From Amoebophrya sp. A120 (lineage: Eukaryota > Protista > Dinoflagellata): a stretch of DNA of 64,000 nucleotides. The stretch lies in contig CAJINV010000001.1 in the NCBI GenBank assembly GCA_905178155.1, forward strand, positions 4,550,233 through 4,614,232, given 5' to 3'. Shown one piece after another: positions 47,601 through 62,600 of the stretch. Below the pieces are notes generated by a model, which was given only the letters and a program-made list of their open reading frames with translations, did not search any database and was not told the DNA's origin. Every line of letters starts with the position of its first letter. Positions within the stretch are counted from its first letter, which is position 1. Position numbers and translations under genes: made by a program.

Positions 47601-50600
47601 CAGCCACAATCGGAACGCGGGGTTCAGATCTTCCGGCTTCCATGCCTCGATCATACCTGGATTGTTATTTTTTCAAAAGGTATCTCGACCTAACAAGTAC
47701 TCTGAAGCTACAATGAGTCATCGAAAGCGGAGCGCCAAGAGAGGACACAAAAAAAAACTCAAGTCGCGTCGTAACAAGGAATTCATTGTCGATACTTATT
47801 TGTCGAACAAAACGCGTCACTCAGACAAAATACCTTCAAGCACGGGCATGTATGAGATTCCCAAGTGGCAGTTTTGCAGCAGCACCCACTTTCCGTTGGC
47901 AGAGCCATCCTTGATGCCCGCGGTGGCTTTTGGTCCTTGCCCCTGTCCCAGCGAAATCGGGACGATCTTGGACAACATATCGTGCTTCAACGCCAGGGCC
48001 GTGACATCTGCCATAGGGTCGGAACCCATCGACAGAATGAAGATCAGCGGCACCGCCGGAGAGCTGTCCTCGAACCACACGGGCAGATCGAAGGGGGGCA
48101 CCAACAGGTATTCGCGCCCGAGTTTGTTCAGTACCTATCGTATTTTTCAGATACACATGAAGTTTCAACTGATCGCTGCAAGTGCAACGATACAAAATGG
48201 AAAGTAACAATAACAAACTCGCGTAGCACAACTTTAATGTCATCAACAAACACGAGCACAGCAGGAACAAAATAAGAGGACACGGCAGGATACTATGTAC
48301 ATGCTTGTATCTTTTTTATACCACTTCCTGAATCGCGACCACGGTGGCATCGGTACGCAGTGCAAACATGGTGAGTGCCCGTTGCAGCGGGTTGCACTTC
48401 TGCTTGAAGTTCTTGGGCCACTCGATCTCGGCCGCCATCGGGTTTTCGCTGTCGAAAACGGCCTTCCAGCCTTCCAGATTGGCGGCGAAGTCGGCCGCGA
48501 ATCCCTCGAACACGTCCATCAGCGTTCCCAGCGTGGTCACACGCGCCCACGAGACATCGGTGAGCCAGTCGCTGTTCTCCGGCTTCGGCTCCAGGGCGCC
48601 ACCGCCGACGCAGGTCAAGAGCATATTCAACTGGTTCAGGTTAAGCTCCTTGTCCGTTTCCTGGCACTTCAAGCACAACATGAAGGAGTAAAGCAACTTA
48701 TCCTTCGCGAACAGGGAACGGCAGACCATGTCGTACAGCAAAGCCAGAAAACTGCGGAACAGCTCCGTCAACCGGTCGTCCTTGCTCTCCTTCGCTTCCG
48801 CGCGCCTGATGGACTCGACGAACTGCACCATGAACCAATCTAGAGAGAATTGGTACATGGGGTCCACAATACGCAGGTCCGCGATCACGAAGAACAGCGC
48901 CCCGCAACGGAAGGCGTGAGCCGTGTAGGACAGACGGGTCTCCGCGATGGTCGCGGCCGTCATCTCCTGCACCTTCACCTGCTCCCCGATGCGGGTGGAC
49001 GTCACCTTGGAACTCGCCAGCGTGTTGATCAACTCCTCGTCCTCCAGAATGTCCCCGGAGGAGGCGGACAGCAGCGCGAGAATCTTGTTCTCGATCTCGG
49101 CCAGCTCCGCCTTGGACTGCGCGGATTCGATAACCAGGTTCTGCCGAGCCTGTTCGACCTCCGGCTCCTCCATGGCCACCAGAATACCCAACATCGCATC
49201 CGTCAGACCGTCGACCGTGGCCATGAAGTTCAACAGACACGCGGCCACGCAAATCTCCGGGGCGTAGTGGGGGTTGGGCAGCTTGGTCGTGAAGTACAGC
49301 CGGAAGTCCTTGCTGTACTCGATCGTGCTGTCACCTGTGTGTGCGTCGATACGATCGTCGCGGTTTGCAAATTTACTGCAGTAAATATGTGTAGATGTTG
49401 TAGTTCTTCTGTGTGGACGGAACATTCATAAAAATCGTCACTCAAAAAAATGCAGAGGAATTTTTATGTGAAAAAAAATTATCGACTCTTACCCAATCGG
49501 ATCATTTCCTGGGGTCCCTGCTTAAACGTCGCCTTCAACAGCAGCGGGTTCAACATGGCGTCAATGGTGAGGCCGATGTTTTCGATCAGCACCGGGGTTC
49601 CGAAGGAGATGCAGGTCTCCAGGTTTCGCGCGTAGTTCTGGTTCAACCGCATCACCTTCAACTTCGTCCCGTGCGTGGTCTTGACCCACTTGTTGGCCTG
49701 GTTCTGCGGGTCGATCATCAGCGGCCACCGCGAGCTGTTGTCCAGGATGATGGCGTTATCAATCGACAGGTTGTCGTTGGGCAGCTTGTCGATGACCCAC
49801 TTGCGGATCTTCACCTGGTTCCCGATGCAGTTTGCCAACGTGAACTCCGGGGAGGCCGGGATTTGCAGTTCCGTCAGCTTGGTGAGCCACCTGTCGCACA
49901 CTTCCTTGCGGTACACGCCGGTGAAGCACCCGAGATACGCCATGATGCCGGACGCGATCAGGATGTCGCCGGTCAGGTTTGTGTAATCCTTGCCGAGTTT
50001 GGCGCTTTGCTGGGTCCAGGCGGCTTTCTCGCCACCCAGCCCGGTGATCAGCTTCTCGGCGCGCACCAGCTTCGCGCGGCAGTCGTCGCTGTTCTTCTGC
50101 AGTTCTTCCATCTTGGCCTTGGCCTCGTTCAGCTGGTTCACGAGCTTGTCGACCAGGGCAATCACCTCGGCGAGCTCGGCCTTCTTGCTCGCCAGCAGCT
50201 CCATCGCGTCCCCGGCGGACTTCTCGGCCTTGGCGAGCTTGGCCCGCTTCGGCCCCACCTCCTTCGCAACTTTGTCGTACACGACCATGGCACGGACCCA
50301 CTTACAAATACCCATCGCGGCAATGGAGGCCTTCTTGATAATGTCCGGATCGAACATTTCAGAATCATACAGCGGTTGCACCTTCTGGATCGCGTCGGGG
50401 GAAATGTTGTCCTTATCGAAGTTTACCATCTTTTCCAGCAGCCGGGGATCACCTGTGAAATAGCGTGTGAAGATAGTCCGTTTTGTCATCTTAGAACCTA
50501 TGTCATCTATCCATTTCAAGTAGATTTTTTTCGTAGAAACAACTTGAACTTGTTCGCAACCAAATTCTATTCTTGAGAAGGCATGCGGTAAAAATAAAAC

Positions 50601-53600
50601 CCCTTTGCAAGAAACAGTTGCAAAAAACAAAATGTCTGATTTCCTCAATCACAAAAATCTTACCGAGCAGTTCCTTTTTAGCCGGTTCCCAGAAGTCGTC
50701 TACCTTCCCCTTGCCGTCCGGGGCGGCGACCTTGACCGGCTTGACGCCGAACATGTAGCACAGGGCCTGCGAGGTGAGAATGACACCGGCCGGGGGCGTC
50801 TTCATCGCCTTCACCTCCCCGATATCACCCTTGGACAACTTGCTCAACGCGTCGACCGCGGCGTCCAGCGCCGGCATGGCGGCGGCCAGATCCTTCTCGC
50901 AATCGGCCTTAATTTCGTTCGCCTTCGCGCCCTCCTCTTCCGCGGCGGCGGCATCGGCATCGACCAGCTTCTGCTTCTCGCTCGCCTTTTTCTGTTCGCC
51001 CTCCACGTGAATCATCAGCTCGGAGGTCTCCTTCGCGGACTTCTCCAGCGACGGCTGCAGGTCCTCGAGATCCTTCTGCAGTGCGCCGACCGCCGAGGCG
51101 GCTTCCTCGATCTTCTCCATCCCCACATCGTACCGGGACTTGGCCGTGGACACGACGTCCCGCTGCTGCTTCAGCATCACGATGAAGGTGGAGATCAAGT
51201 CGAGGTAGGACGTGGGCGTCACGTAGAAGATACGCTTTTCCTGCTTGAAGAACTTCTCGGCGAGCTCGATCACGCTCGTCTGCTTCTCGACCATCACTTT
51301 CACCACGTTGTCCTTCACTTCCTCGGGCATGTCGACGGCCCGGAGGAACTGCTTTGCCACCGCGGTCAACGCCTGCGGCGGCCACTCCATGAACCAATCT
51401 GAGTTGAAAGTTTAAGTTTGTCTTTGTGACGGACAGTTTTTTTCTCGAATAATAAACTACCGGAAACGCTATTCATTGTTGGACTCTTCAGCGAGGGAGA
51501 ACAACATCAGATCAACAACAAGCGACTGCAATTATGCATATATGCAAAAAAACACAACAGCGAATTATACCGATCGTGCAGCAGTTGACGAGCGACGGGA
51601 AGTTTCGCAAGCGGATGCGGAAGTCCGCGCCGATCGGCGACAACGCCAGCACGATGTGCAAGTTCTGCCTGCAGACGCTCACGTACCAGGAGAAGACCTC
51701 GTTGGGCGTGATCTGGCCCGCGGCGTTGGCGCCCTTGGCGCAGAGCTCCATGATCTCCATCTTGTCTTCCTGGGAGTACAAGTTCGGGACCTCGCCCGTG
51801 TTCAAGATGGAGGACACCTCCTCCAGGAACGCCTCGTTGGCGATCTGCGTATCCGGGAACAGGAACACCATGTTCTTGTTCTGCCCACCGGCGGAGATCA
51901 GCAGTTTCTTGATGTCGTCGTGCCACTCGTTCATGCCGTAGCCCTTGGCCAACTCGATCTGGAACAGTTCAAACTCGGCCACGTAGGTGGCCAGCGTGGT
52001 CACGGACTTACGCCCGGAACCGCCCACACCGACGAGGAGGGCGTTACCCAGCGGGAGTTTCAGGACGCGAATCACGCGGCAGATGTGCTCCAGGAACGCG
52101 GTGAACAGCACCAGATCCAGGCGGATCTTGGACACGTTGTTGTAGTCATCCATGCACTCCTGCACCTTCTCAAGCAGCCGGTCCACGTCCGGAATTTCCT
52201 GGTACGCGGTGGATTTCGGGTCCACAAAGTCCACGAAAATCACCGGCTCGACCTGTGAAAAGTTTGGGAAATTGAAGGTCGAGATTTTGATTTGCATCCG
52301 ATGCAAGAATTCCCACAAATCGCAACACGTTTGAAAAACCAAAAATTTATTTCCCCGTCCCGTCGGCCCACTTCTACGCCGAATACACATACAGCTTTGC
52401 CCCTAAAAAGTTCTAAATCGCAGACTGATCACTTTGCTAAAATAAATATACCTTGACGACTTGGTCGTACGGCTTCTTGAAGTGCTTGTCCATCAATCGC
52501 TTGATCATAAACGTGAACGAGTTCTGATCTTGGCGGTTAATCAAACGGTCCTTGAAGACGCGCTCGCACTCGTGCATCCAGACCTTGCACAGGTCCTCCA
52601 CTTTCGGCAGGGATTCGCGCTGACAGATGCACATGCCCTGGAACACCTTCGCGACGTCACGCATGTTGAAAGTGTAGTGGGATTTCGCGGGGGTGGGCAG
52701 AAAGTCCTTCATCATGCTGAAGTAGACGTCCAGCACGCCCGACACCACGGCTGGGACCTGCGCGGCGATGTCCCGTGCGAGGTTCGCGAAGAAGACACCG
52801 ACGACGGTGGAGAAGATCCGCGCCAACGACTCGTCGTCGAAGGGGGTGACGAAGACCAGGTTGAACATATTACAGTGAAAAGTGCCCCCCACCCCCAAAG
52901 TTACAAACATTTGTGATGCGAAGTTTCCAAATGAAACCTTTTTGTCATGCATGAAAGGAATATAAATCTTTCTGATGCAGATTCTAGTGTTGTTTCGCAT
53001 CGCTTGCATGACAAGCACCGCTCTTGCTGGGATCTTTTGCAATACAAATTTTTGCTATTCACGATCGGAAATCTGTGATGCTGATACATGCAAGAGGGCG
53101 AATGTTTCATTTGGAAAGGTTTGCAATACAAATGCTTTCAAGTTCGGGGGTGGGGGCATTTTTCATTGTAATAGAACATCCGCGAGTAGCGGTCCGTGAT
53201 GTCGTTCTTGCCGCCGCCTGGCGGGCCCATGGCGGTCAGGTAGTTGATGTCCACCAGCGACCGGAAGTCCCAGCCCTTGCGGTCGTACCAGCCGAAGCCC
53301 AGCGGCGTCTTCACCATCGCCTGGCGGAGGATCTCGATGGGCGGCTGCGCGCCGTAGGTCTCCTTGATGGGCATGTTCAAGTCATCGATGAACACCAGCA
53401 TCTTTTTGTTCATCGGCGGGCCGTACACGCCCTTCCTGCGCTTGTCCAGCTTGCCGTCAATGATGTCCTGCGTCTGGTTCGCGGTGGTCTGTGCGGAGAA
53501 CGCGAACGCGATGGAGGAGTACTTCTTCGGGTGGAACCCACCGAGCAGCATCCCGTTGATGGAGGCGGTTTTCGCCGTACCGGTGGGCCCGGAGAGGAGG

Positions 53601-56600
53601 ATGTTGTGGCCCTTCTCGATCAGGGTGCGGATCAAAAACTGGTTGCGCTCCGTGTCCGCGGTGGGGACCACGATGGTGTGGTACTGCGTGCCCTTGGGGA
53701 TGTCCAGCGGCGCGATGCGCTCCGTCCACAGCTTCCACTTGCCGCCGTCCTCAGCGTCCACGTAGTAGTCGTGCAGCGTGCCCTTGCGCGGGGGTACGGG
53801 GATGGCGGCGCCGGACTGGAGGTCGTAGAACTCGGGCAGCACGATGAAGTTGTTCTTCTTGAAGTACTCGCTCTTCTTCTCGATGGCCGCCTTGATGGCG
53901 CCGTCCGCGACCGCGCGCCCGTCGTTGTTGGACACCGCGCCCACGGTCCACACGCACGTGAAGTAGAACAGCTGCGCGATGATCAGCTCGCGGTCCACCG
54001 CGGACTGCGGCTGCGGCGCGTTCTTGTCCTCCTCGTTCGGCTCCCCATCGGGCCGGCAGTACTGCATCACCTGTCAGATAGAAAGCAAAGTTCGGCGCTC
54101 GCTATGAATTCCGGCGATGCGGTAATTAATCGCTGCGCCTTCCGTTTTGCGAAGTAAAAAGCGCGACGCGCGCACTTCGGCCTTCCCCTTGGGAAGCCCG
54201 CCACGACGCCGGTCGGGTTCCTGTGCGGCGGCGGTCGTGCGCAAACCCAAAAAATTTTTGCGCGCCATACCGACGCGCCTGATGTCACCCCGCCGGACAC
54301 GGCGGGCGCCTGCTTTTTGCTCGTTTTCGTTTGTGCTTTTTTTATGTTTTTTTTTTTGCATTTTTTCGGAAGGTACTTTCGCACCTCAAAAACAGAGAGG
54401 ATCTGCTTGACCAGGCGGAAGCCTCCTGGCCAAAAATGGCAAAACGTTACACCCCTAGAACCGGTGACAAGCTGATCAAGTCTTCAGCGTCCCGCCGTGT
54501 TTGGCGGCGTGACAAATTTCGGATTGGGCACAAGGCGCATTCAAAATGGGCGATTTTTTTCATTTTTTCATTTTTTTTTTCTTGCAAAAGACGATGGCAG
54601 TCGCAGTGCGGACCCACGGAGGGTCCGAGTTCGCTACTTTTTCGCAAGCGCACCGGGGGGACTAGGGACAGAAAAAAACTTTCATTTTTCGGATACCAAT
54701 GCGTCCTTGGGCGCAAAAGTCGATATTTTCGCCCCTTCCCCCGTCGGAGCGCTGCTGGTTTGGCACACTTTTTGGCCGGCCACGCGGCCGACTTCGGGTC
54801 CAGCTTAGCAAGCCCTTCCCCCGGTGGTACTGCCCCACTTTGGGGGGAACCCCTTTGTTCCTTCTAGATCCCCCGTAAGGTAATCCGCCGTCGAACGCAA
54901 CGATTAATTTACCCATTATTTGGTCAAGGCGAAATGACCACTCTACGTACTACTGACCAAAAATGCCAAAGAAAAGTGCCAACGTTACTGTACCTGATCC
55001 GAGATCAGCGATTCCATAAGTCGGCAGGCGGACAGGGCGAGCCAGTTGTCGGAGCACGCGACTGGGGTGGGCACAATGTGCGAGGTTTCCAGGAAGACCT
55101 CGAACATGCCAGTGAACATATCCATAATCTGTTTCTCGTGGTCCTTGCGGATGTATTCCGGAAGCGTGGCCAACCAACTCTGCACGATCGGCTGCCAGCC
55201 CAGATCGGTGTCCGGTTCCAGGTACACGATACCGACGCGGGACACAGTTGCGGGAGATGCGTACTCCAGGTCGCGCACCTCGAACAACATCGTGGTGACC
55301 GGGGACAGCTTGATGATCTCACCTGTTTTGATTAAAATGTGGCAAGTTTGATGACATCAGGCTGCGCGGGCGTCGAACTAATACTGCGTGAAAAGCAAAA
55401 GCTACGTGTTGCAAAACCAAAAGACTTTTCGCAGACAAGGAAATTATAAATGTTCGCACATACAAAAGCTATGGACTCGTCAAGTGGAACGAACGCCCAA
55501 GTTAACTACTTTTGAAAAAAATCATACCAGAGTTCAAGCAGAGCTTCTTGTTATCATCCAGCACGGTGTTCATGTTCTCGATCCAGATCGCATCGACCGG
55601 ACCGTCGAGCACGACCCACTGGCGTCGCATCTTGCCGTCGGCGCCGACGGGCTGCGAACCGTTACGCACGGCAATGGCGAGCACACCGTCGGTCCACTCC
55701 TGCGTGTTCAGATCCGCCTCTCCGTAGAGCTGACCCTGCGTAATGGATTTCGGGTTCATCACGTACTGCACGACGGGCATGAACAATTCGTTTTGCCCGG
55801 AGACGCGCTCCAACGTCGTCGCCAGCACGTCCTTGATCGAGGTCTTCCCGCAGGGCGGGAACCCGACGGTCATCAGACCGTGGCGCACCACGATGGTTTC
55901 CCACAGCTGCACGGCCTTGTTGGTGAATTCACGGGTGGGCTGCAAACCGAACTGGGTGGTGACCTGCTCCAGGTTGGTGACCAGGTTGCCGTAGTCGGCC
56001 GGCGGGAGTCGCACCCCGGGGAACAAATCGCCGATGATACCCTTAAAGAGCGGGATGTCCGCGGACGTGAACTTCGGTAGATTGACGTCGGTAAAGGAAC
56101 GCAGCGCGATCACGTCCTCCGGGTACTTGTCGCCGTACGTTCGCTTCCCGTTACCACCCGCGACCAGCAGCGCATTCAGACCACGCATCCCGAAATCGTA
56201 GTGCTTCGCCGGGGACAGCTGTTCGGAGGACAGCTTCAGCGCCATGGTGGCCTTCATACCGATGCGCTTGGCGTCTTCGTACCCGTAGGAGTAGAGACGA
56301 ATCTCACCGATTAACGCGTAGTTTGGCACCATCATCGCGCAGGGGCGGAACAAAGCCTTCAGGTTATCGGGCAACTCGGAACGCCCAGCGTAACCGGGGT
56401 TCATCGTGATGTTCACGGCGCACGTCGGCACCAGGCGGATCTCCGTTTCCTCGAAAACGAACGTGGTGACGCGCTGCTTGATCGCCAGCGAAATCTGCTG
56501 AATCTGCTGCGCGACCACCGACAACACCTCCAGGGAGATACGGTTAAACTCATCGAAGCAGCACCAGGCACCGGAGGAGGCCAGACCCTTGAAGAACTTC

Positions 56601-59600
56601 GCCAGCTGCAGGTAGTCCATACTGTCGGAGCAGTTGAACACCACGCACTGCACGGCCAGGGCCTTCGCCAAATCTTTCGTCGATTCCGTCTTCCCCGTTC
56701 CGGCCGGGCCCTCCGGGGCGCCACCGTAGTACAGCGCGAACGCACCCATCAAGGTACGGTAGCAGCGATCGGTCAGTGGCGTGACCACGAGACGCGCGGT
56801 GTTCCCCAGGTACTCGAACCCGTACAGCAGCGTCGAATTCACGATGGAACAGCAGCACTCGTTCCTGCTGTTCTTTTCCCCGGACAAGAGCGTGTGTTCC
56901 CCCACCGGCTTCCAGTAGTACCGGAGCTGCGACAACCATTGGAAGTCCTCCTTGCTGTCGACACCGTTCTCCCTGAGCTCGGTGATCACATCACGCGCGT
57001 GCACATCCAGCGTGACCAGCGCACCGACAGTGACGCGCGCGAGCTTGGACATCTCGCCACGCACCAGCTCGACGATGTTGCTGATCTGCTGGAAGAGCTT
57101 CTTTTCGTAGTCTGCAATCTTCTTCTTGTCCAGGTACTCCTCCGCGCCGATCGTCCAGTAGTAGCACGAAGTGCAGATCGCCACCTGGCCCGGCCACAGG
57201 AGACACCACTGGTGGCGCTCGATCTGCGCGTAGTTGTCGTTGCACTCCGCGATGACCAGGCGCAAGGTGTCCATCATGGACTCCTCCAGCTCCACCAACC
57301 AGCGCTCGACGGCGCCGCGGTTGCCCGGCTTGTTGGTGTCGATCTGCCGCTTCAGCTCGATCTCCTCGCCCTCCGCGGAAATCATGCTCTCGATCACCGT
57401 CTTGCCACCGTCGAATCGCACCTTGGCCACGCCCTCGAAGGCCTTCCCCAAGTGCGGCTGCACCGCGGTGGGATCCTTGGTCTCGGCCAGGATGGACAGC
57501 AGATCTGCGTCGTTCAAGAAGAAGAACCGCGGGAAGTACAGCCGCTTGGTCTCCAGGTAGTCCTTCAGACCCTTCTGGACCTTTTCGATGGTCTCGTTCC
57601 CGTCCTTCAAATCCTCGATCAAGCCGGGGATGCGACCCACGCGCAAAGCGAGCTTGTCCTCGTCGACCTCCAGCATCCGGGCCCGGAACATTTTGTCCAC
57701 GATCTCGAACTGTTCGCTCTCGTGCGGCAGCTGGCGCTTGATATCTTCGGAGACAAAGATCGGCTCCAGCGCCATCCACGAGCGCTGCAGCAGGATGGTT
57801 TCGTCCACGAAGTCCTGAATCCGCAGCAGCAACGCCTCCCACTCGTGCACCTCGGCCTCGAACGGCTTGCAGAAGGGCGAGGACCGGATCGCCTGCGTCT
57901 TCACGATGAAGTCGTCCAGGTAGGCCTGGATCTCGTCGATCCCGCCGAGCAGCGGCACGCCCGTGTTCTTGTAGGCCTTCAAAGACAAGCTGATCGGCTC
58001 CCACTCGACCTTCATGTTGGCCAGCGCCCGCTTCAATGAGTACTCCTTCGTGGCCGCCATGGCAATCTCCTCGTAGTCCTCCGGGAAGTCAAGCACGCCA
58101 ATGTCGATCATCTCCTGCATGGTGATCATCTTGATGTCCTCCGTCGCCGGCTTTTTGCCGCCCATGCGCTCCGCGAGCGTGTCCCAGTGTCGCTGCAGGA
58201 TCGCTTCGGACGAGAAGGCGCGGAGAAAGGGGAACTTGACCTTGAACGCGTCAATGGCGTCGCGCAGCGCGCGCGCGGTGTTGCGCACGTTCTTCATGCT
58301 GTCGGAGGAGAACTGCTTCATCATCTTCACGCAGTCCTTGAACCACTGGTCCAGCTGCTCCTCCACCTTGGGCGCGTCGATGGTTGACAGCGGCTTTTCG
58401 TGCCACAGCTTCTGCAGCTTCTGGAAGTTGATCACGGCGTCCCACAGCGTGTAGTAGGGCTTGTAGTCATCGATCATGCCGTCCAGTTCGTAGTAGTCGC
58501 TCCGGGTCAAACCCAACAGCGCCTCGCGGCTGTTGTAGCTCTGGGTGCGCTCCACGCCCTTGTCCAGGGAGGACCGGAGCAGGTAGATGTCCGGCTCGTA
58601 CTCCTGCCACAGGCTGTAGTCCTTGAACTGCTTCCGGATTTTGTCCAGCAACTTCTGCCAGAACAGCATGTCGTGGTTGAATTCGGCCTGCTCCTTTTCC
58701 AGCGTGGTAATCTCGGAAATGTCGCGGTTCAACCGGAAGTGCCACAGCCGCACGCTGTTGTCCTCCGAGCACGTCGCGAGGCACTGGCCCAGCGGCGCCC
58801 AAGCACCGTTGTGCACGGCGGCAATGTGGCCTGTGATGTCACAGATCGCGGAAGCGTTTTTTGCTTCAATGCAGAAAAATATTAGTTTACCCAACGCGAA
58901 AAGCAAAATTCCCCGAAAGAACAAGAAAACGCAAAAAACACAATTGATCATCATAGCATACAATAAAGATGACAACTTAACAAACTACAACCAAGAAGAG
59001 GCATAATTGTACCTGGCAACGGAGCGGTTCGTGGGTTTCCGCTCACCGCGGAGAAGATTTGCATGTTCATGTCCTCGTTGGAGCAGACAATGGAGGCGCA
59101 GTCGGGCGACCACTGAACAAACCCGGTCAAGTTTTGAATGGGGTCCATGTTGCGGCTCGGGTGCAGAGCGGACTTGTCTTCGTTCCACATATCCCAGATG
59201 ATCACCGTCGCATCGGCAGACGCCGTGGCCATCAACCGCGGGTTCATCGGACTCCAGGCAACGCAGGTAATGGAAGCGTCGTGCGCCTGGAACGTGATGG
59301 GGTCACCCGGTTCCTCTTCGGGTTCGGGCGGGCCCTCCTCGCCCCAGCCCTCCTCCGGCTCTGGCGGCAGCGGGAGCTTCTTGTTGGGCCCCCGCACGAA
59401 GTCGGACTCGTTGGCGTCGCTGTAGTAGAAGCGTCCGTTCTGCCCACCGGAAACCACCGCACCGCCATCGCAAGCGATACTGAGCGACAACTGCGGAACC
59501 TTGGACTTCTTCTCCATGCAGATCAGGTCCCCGGGCTGCTCCGTGGTCTCCTCGCCGATCAGCGTGTTCCACATCCGCACCGTACCGTCCTGCCCGCACG

Positions 59601-62600
59601 AGAACAGGTTGGGCTTGGTGCCGAACGCGGCGCAGGGCACGATCTCCTTGCTAGCCTCGCGCTCCTCGCCGTCCTCCTCTCCCTCCTCGGGTGGGGGCGC
59701 TTCGGCTTCCGACGCCTTGGACGACTTCCTCGGCTCCTTCCGGGGCTTGCTTTGGTCCTCGCCGCGGCCCGGGTGAAACTTCAAGCCGGTGACGGCACCG
59801 TTGTGACCGGCCATCGTCTTGAGGGCCCCCGCATCCGCGGTTTCGGCGGAACTTGCATCGACCAGCAGGATGCTGCCGTTCTCCAATCCGACCGCGACGG
59901 TGCAGAGGTTGAGTTGCGACATTCCGTCGGACAGCAGCGAGTCCGTCGTGGGCGGGAAGGCGAGGCTGGTGACCGGCGATCCGCAGTCCACGGTGGCAAC
60001 GTGGGCGCCGTTGATGTAGCTCCACACATTGACCTTACCGTCCACGCCGCCGCTGACCATGACACCGTCGTGCTGCGAGAACGCCACACAGCTGACGCCC
60101 TGGGTGTGTCGGTCCAGCGGGTCGTTTTTCGGCACGCACACCGTCGCCGGCGCGTAGTAGGACACCACCGTGGGGTCCAGCAGCACGATTTCCGGAATGC
60201 GCTCCGGCGGCTTCACCGGCTCGGGGGGCGGCTGCGGCGGCTCCTCGCCCTCCTCCGCTTCCGGGGGGTCGTCGAAGAACTGCTGGCGCGCCTTCAGCTG
60301 CTTGTCGTACTCTTCGAGCGCGGCTTTCTCGGCGTCCTCCTCGGCCTTGGTCTGCTTCGGCAGCGTTTCCGGACCGGCGTACTTCACCTTCAGGCCGTGC
60401 ATCTCGTTGGGTCGCGAGTAGTACTCCACGCGGAGCAGGTGCTGCCCCTTGGTCAACTCCACCTCCGCGGTGGTTTGGTCCAGGTCGATCAGCAAGTTGT
60501 CGTTCACGAACATGCGGGCGCGCTTGTTGGCCTCGCAGAAGAACTTGTACAGCGCCCGCTTCTTGCCGCCGCACGCGACAGTCAAGTACCCCGTGTAGCG
60601 GGCGCAGAACCCGGGCGCGCCGTAGCGGTCGGGCAACCGCGTCCAGGGGTCGGTGTCCATGTCGAAGTCGAGCATCTTCTCGATACGCTGGATATCCGGG
60701 GTGCCGTTCGGCATGGTCATCTCCGTCGACATGTCCACCGGGAAGTACTCCGCCATGAAACCGGGCTTCTCCAAAATGTTGGTCGACTGCAGGTCGTGCT
60801 GCAGCACGCCGGCCGGAACGGACACCATGCTCTCGTGCGTGTCCGGTCCCTGGTACTTCAGGACCACTTTCTTGTCCATGTCGCTCTTGGCGCAGTAGTC
60901 CAAGCGGATCGTGTGCGTGCCCGCGACAAAGTAGTACCGCTTTCCCGCGACGATGTTCCGAGCGCCGATGCGGAGCGACGCGTAAGCCTCGGCGCTCAGG
61001 TCGAAGGTGTAATCCCCCATCTTCGCGATGGACAGCGTCCCGGAATAGCGGGTCGCGAAGTTGCCGGCGAACTCCATGCTCAGCCCCGTCCAGGGCTGGC
61101 CGTTTCCGGGCGCGCGGTTGATCTCCTGTTCCAGTCGCGTCAAATCCGGCTTGCGACCAAGCAGCGGTGGGATGCTGAGCGCGCCGTTGTTGAGCGCGCC
61201 GTTCATGTCCTCGTAGTTAAAGTACTGCGCGACCAGGCAGGCGCGCAGCTCGTCCGCCAGCACGGCGCGGTGCGGAGAGGCCGTAGCGCGCATGGTGGTC
61301 ACGGAGATGCGTTCCATCTCGATCATCAGCGTTCCCAACTGCAGCTTGATCGCGGCCTTGCCGTCGTCGCGCTCCGCGACGGACCACGTTCCGACCTGCC
61401 CGGACTCGGTCAGCGAAACCATGCCGTCCGCCTTGATCAGCAGCGAGTCCTCGGTCAACCGGCCGCCGGGCTTCCACAGCCAGTGCCCGCAGAACTCCAG
61501 CACCTTATCCGAGGGGTCCTTGGGTCGCACCAGCTGAGCGTGGATGCGACGGCCCATCCCTCCGTGTGCAAACTTCACGTCGTAGGTACCGTTGGAGTAC
61601 GCCTCCACCACGCTGCCGCTCACGTACCGGCCCTGGCCTTCGTAGTTCACCATCAAATCATCGCCGACCGCCAGGCGGCGGAACTCGAACCTGGTCTCCC
61701 AGAATGTTGGCTCCTCCTCGTTGCGCTTCTGACTCTGCAGCACCAGCTGGAAGCCGTGCACCTTGTTCACCTTGTCCTTTGCCTTGCTGCTCTGCGCGGC
61801 GATGTTCGTGATCGCGCGGCAGGCCTCACCCTGCAGCAGCGGAAAATCGGTGTGCTGGTTGATGCACTGCACGATCGTGTCTACCGTGCCCAAGTCGCAC
61901 ATGCGGTCGACCTGTTGATGCGCGGAAGATAATGTTTTGACGAAAAAAAATTGAGAAACTTTCTCAAATTCAATGCAGAAAAGACATGAAATTCTTTTGA
62001 ATTTCCAGACAACTAACTGTAACTTACTTTCTACTTCTCATGCATTTTGTTTTGAATTTGATTCTGCTTTTACTTATGAGCGAAAAAAAAAAGACGGCAG
62101 CAATACCACTTCCCCGGCGTGCGGGCCGCAGCACTGCGCTAAGTTTGCGATGGCGCGAATTCCGGTCTCCGCGATTGCGGGCAGGGACGTGTAGTTCATC
62201 AGTTTGTCTTGCAGAATGACGAGTCCGCCGTCCTTGTAGAAGTCGTAGCCGAAAAAGCCGGCGTTGACGCTGCTGGGCGAGGTGACGTTAGCAACCGCCT
62301 GAAAGGCCGACAGCACAGTCTCGTCCTCGTCTGCGCGCTGGAAAAGGTGGAGCACGAGCGGGTTTTCATTCCGTCGGAAGGTCTTGGCCTTGTTGGCGAT
62401 GGGCTTCCAGTCCGGGAAGTGCATCTGCTCCAGCATGCTGGTCACGCAGCTGGCGTCGTTGTCGGGCGAGTAGCAGAAGACGGGCAGCCGGCGCATAATG
62501 GTCTGCAGCTCCTGCGGCGCCTTCTTCACCTCCACCTCAAACATGGGGCACTTCTCCACGTGGCACATCATCAGCACCTGCGCCCCGCCCTCCAGCCCGC

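Noticed and set aside
54425-54930. Loose similarity to the dinoflagellate spliced leader (GCCATTTTTGG on minus near 54431; CCATTATTTGGTCAAG on plus near 54913)
   Set aside because: The matches are short, gapped and intronic, and are compatible with chance.
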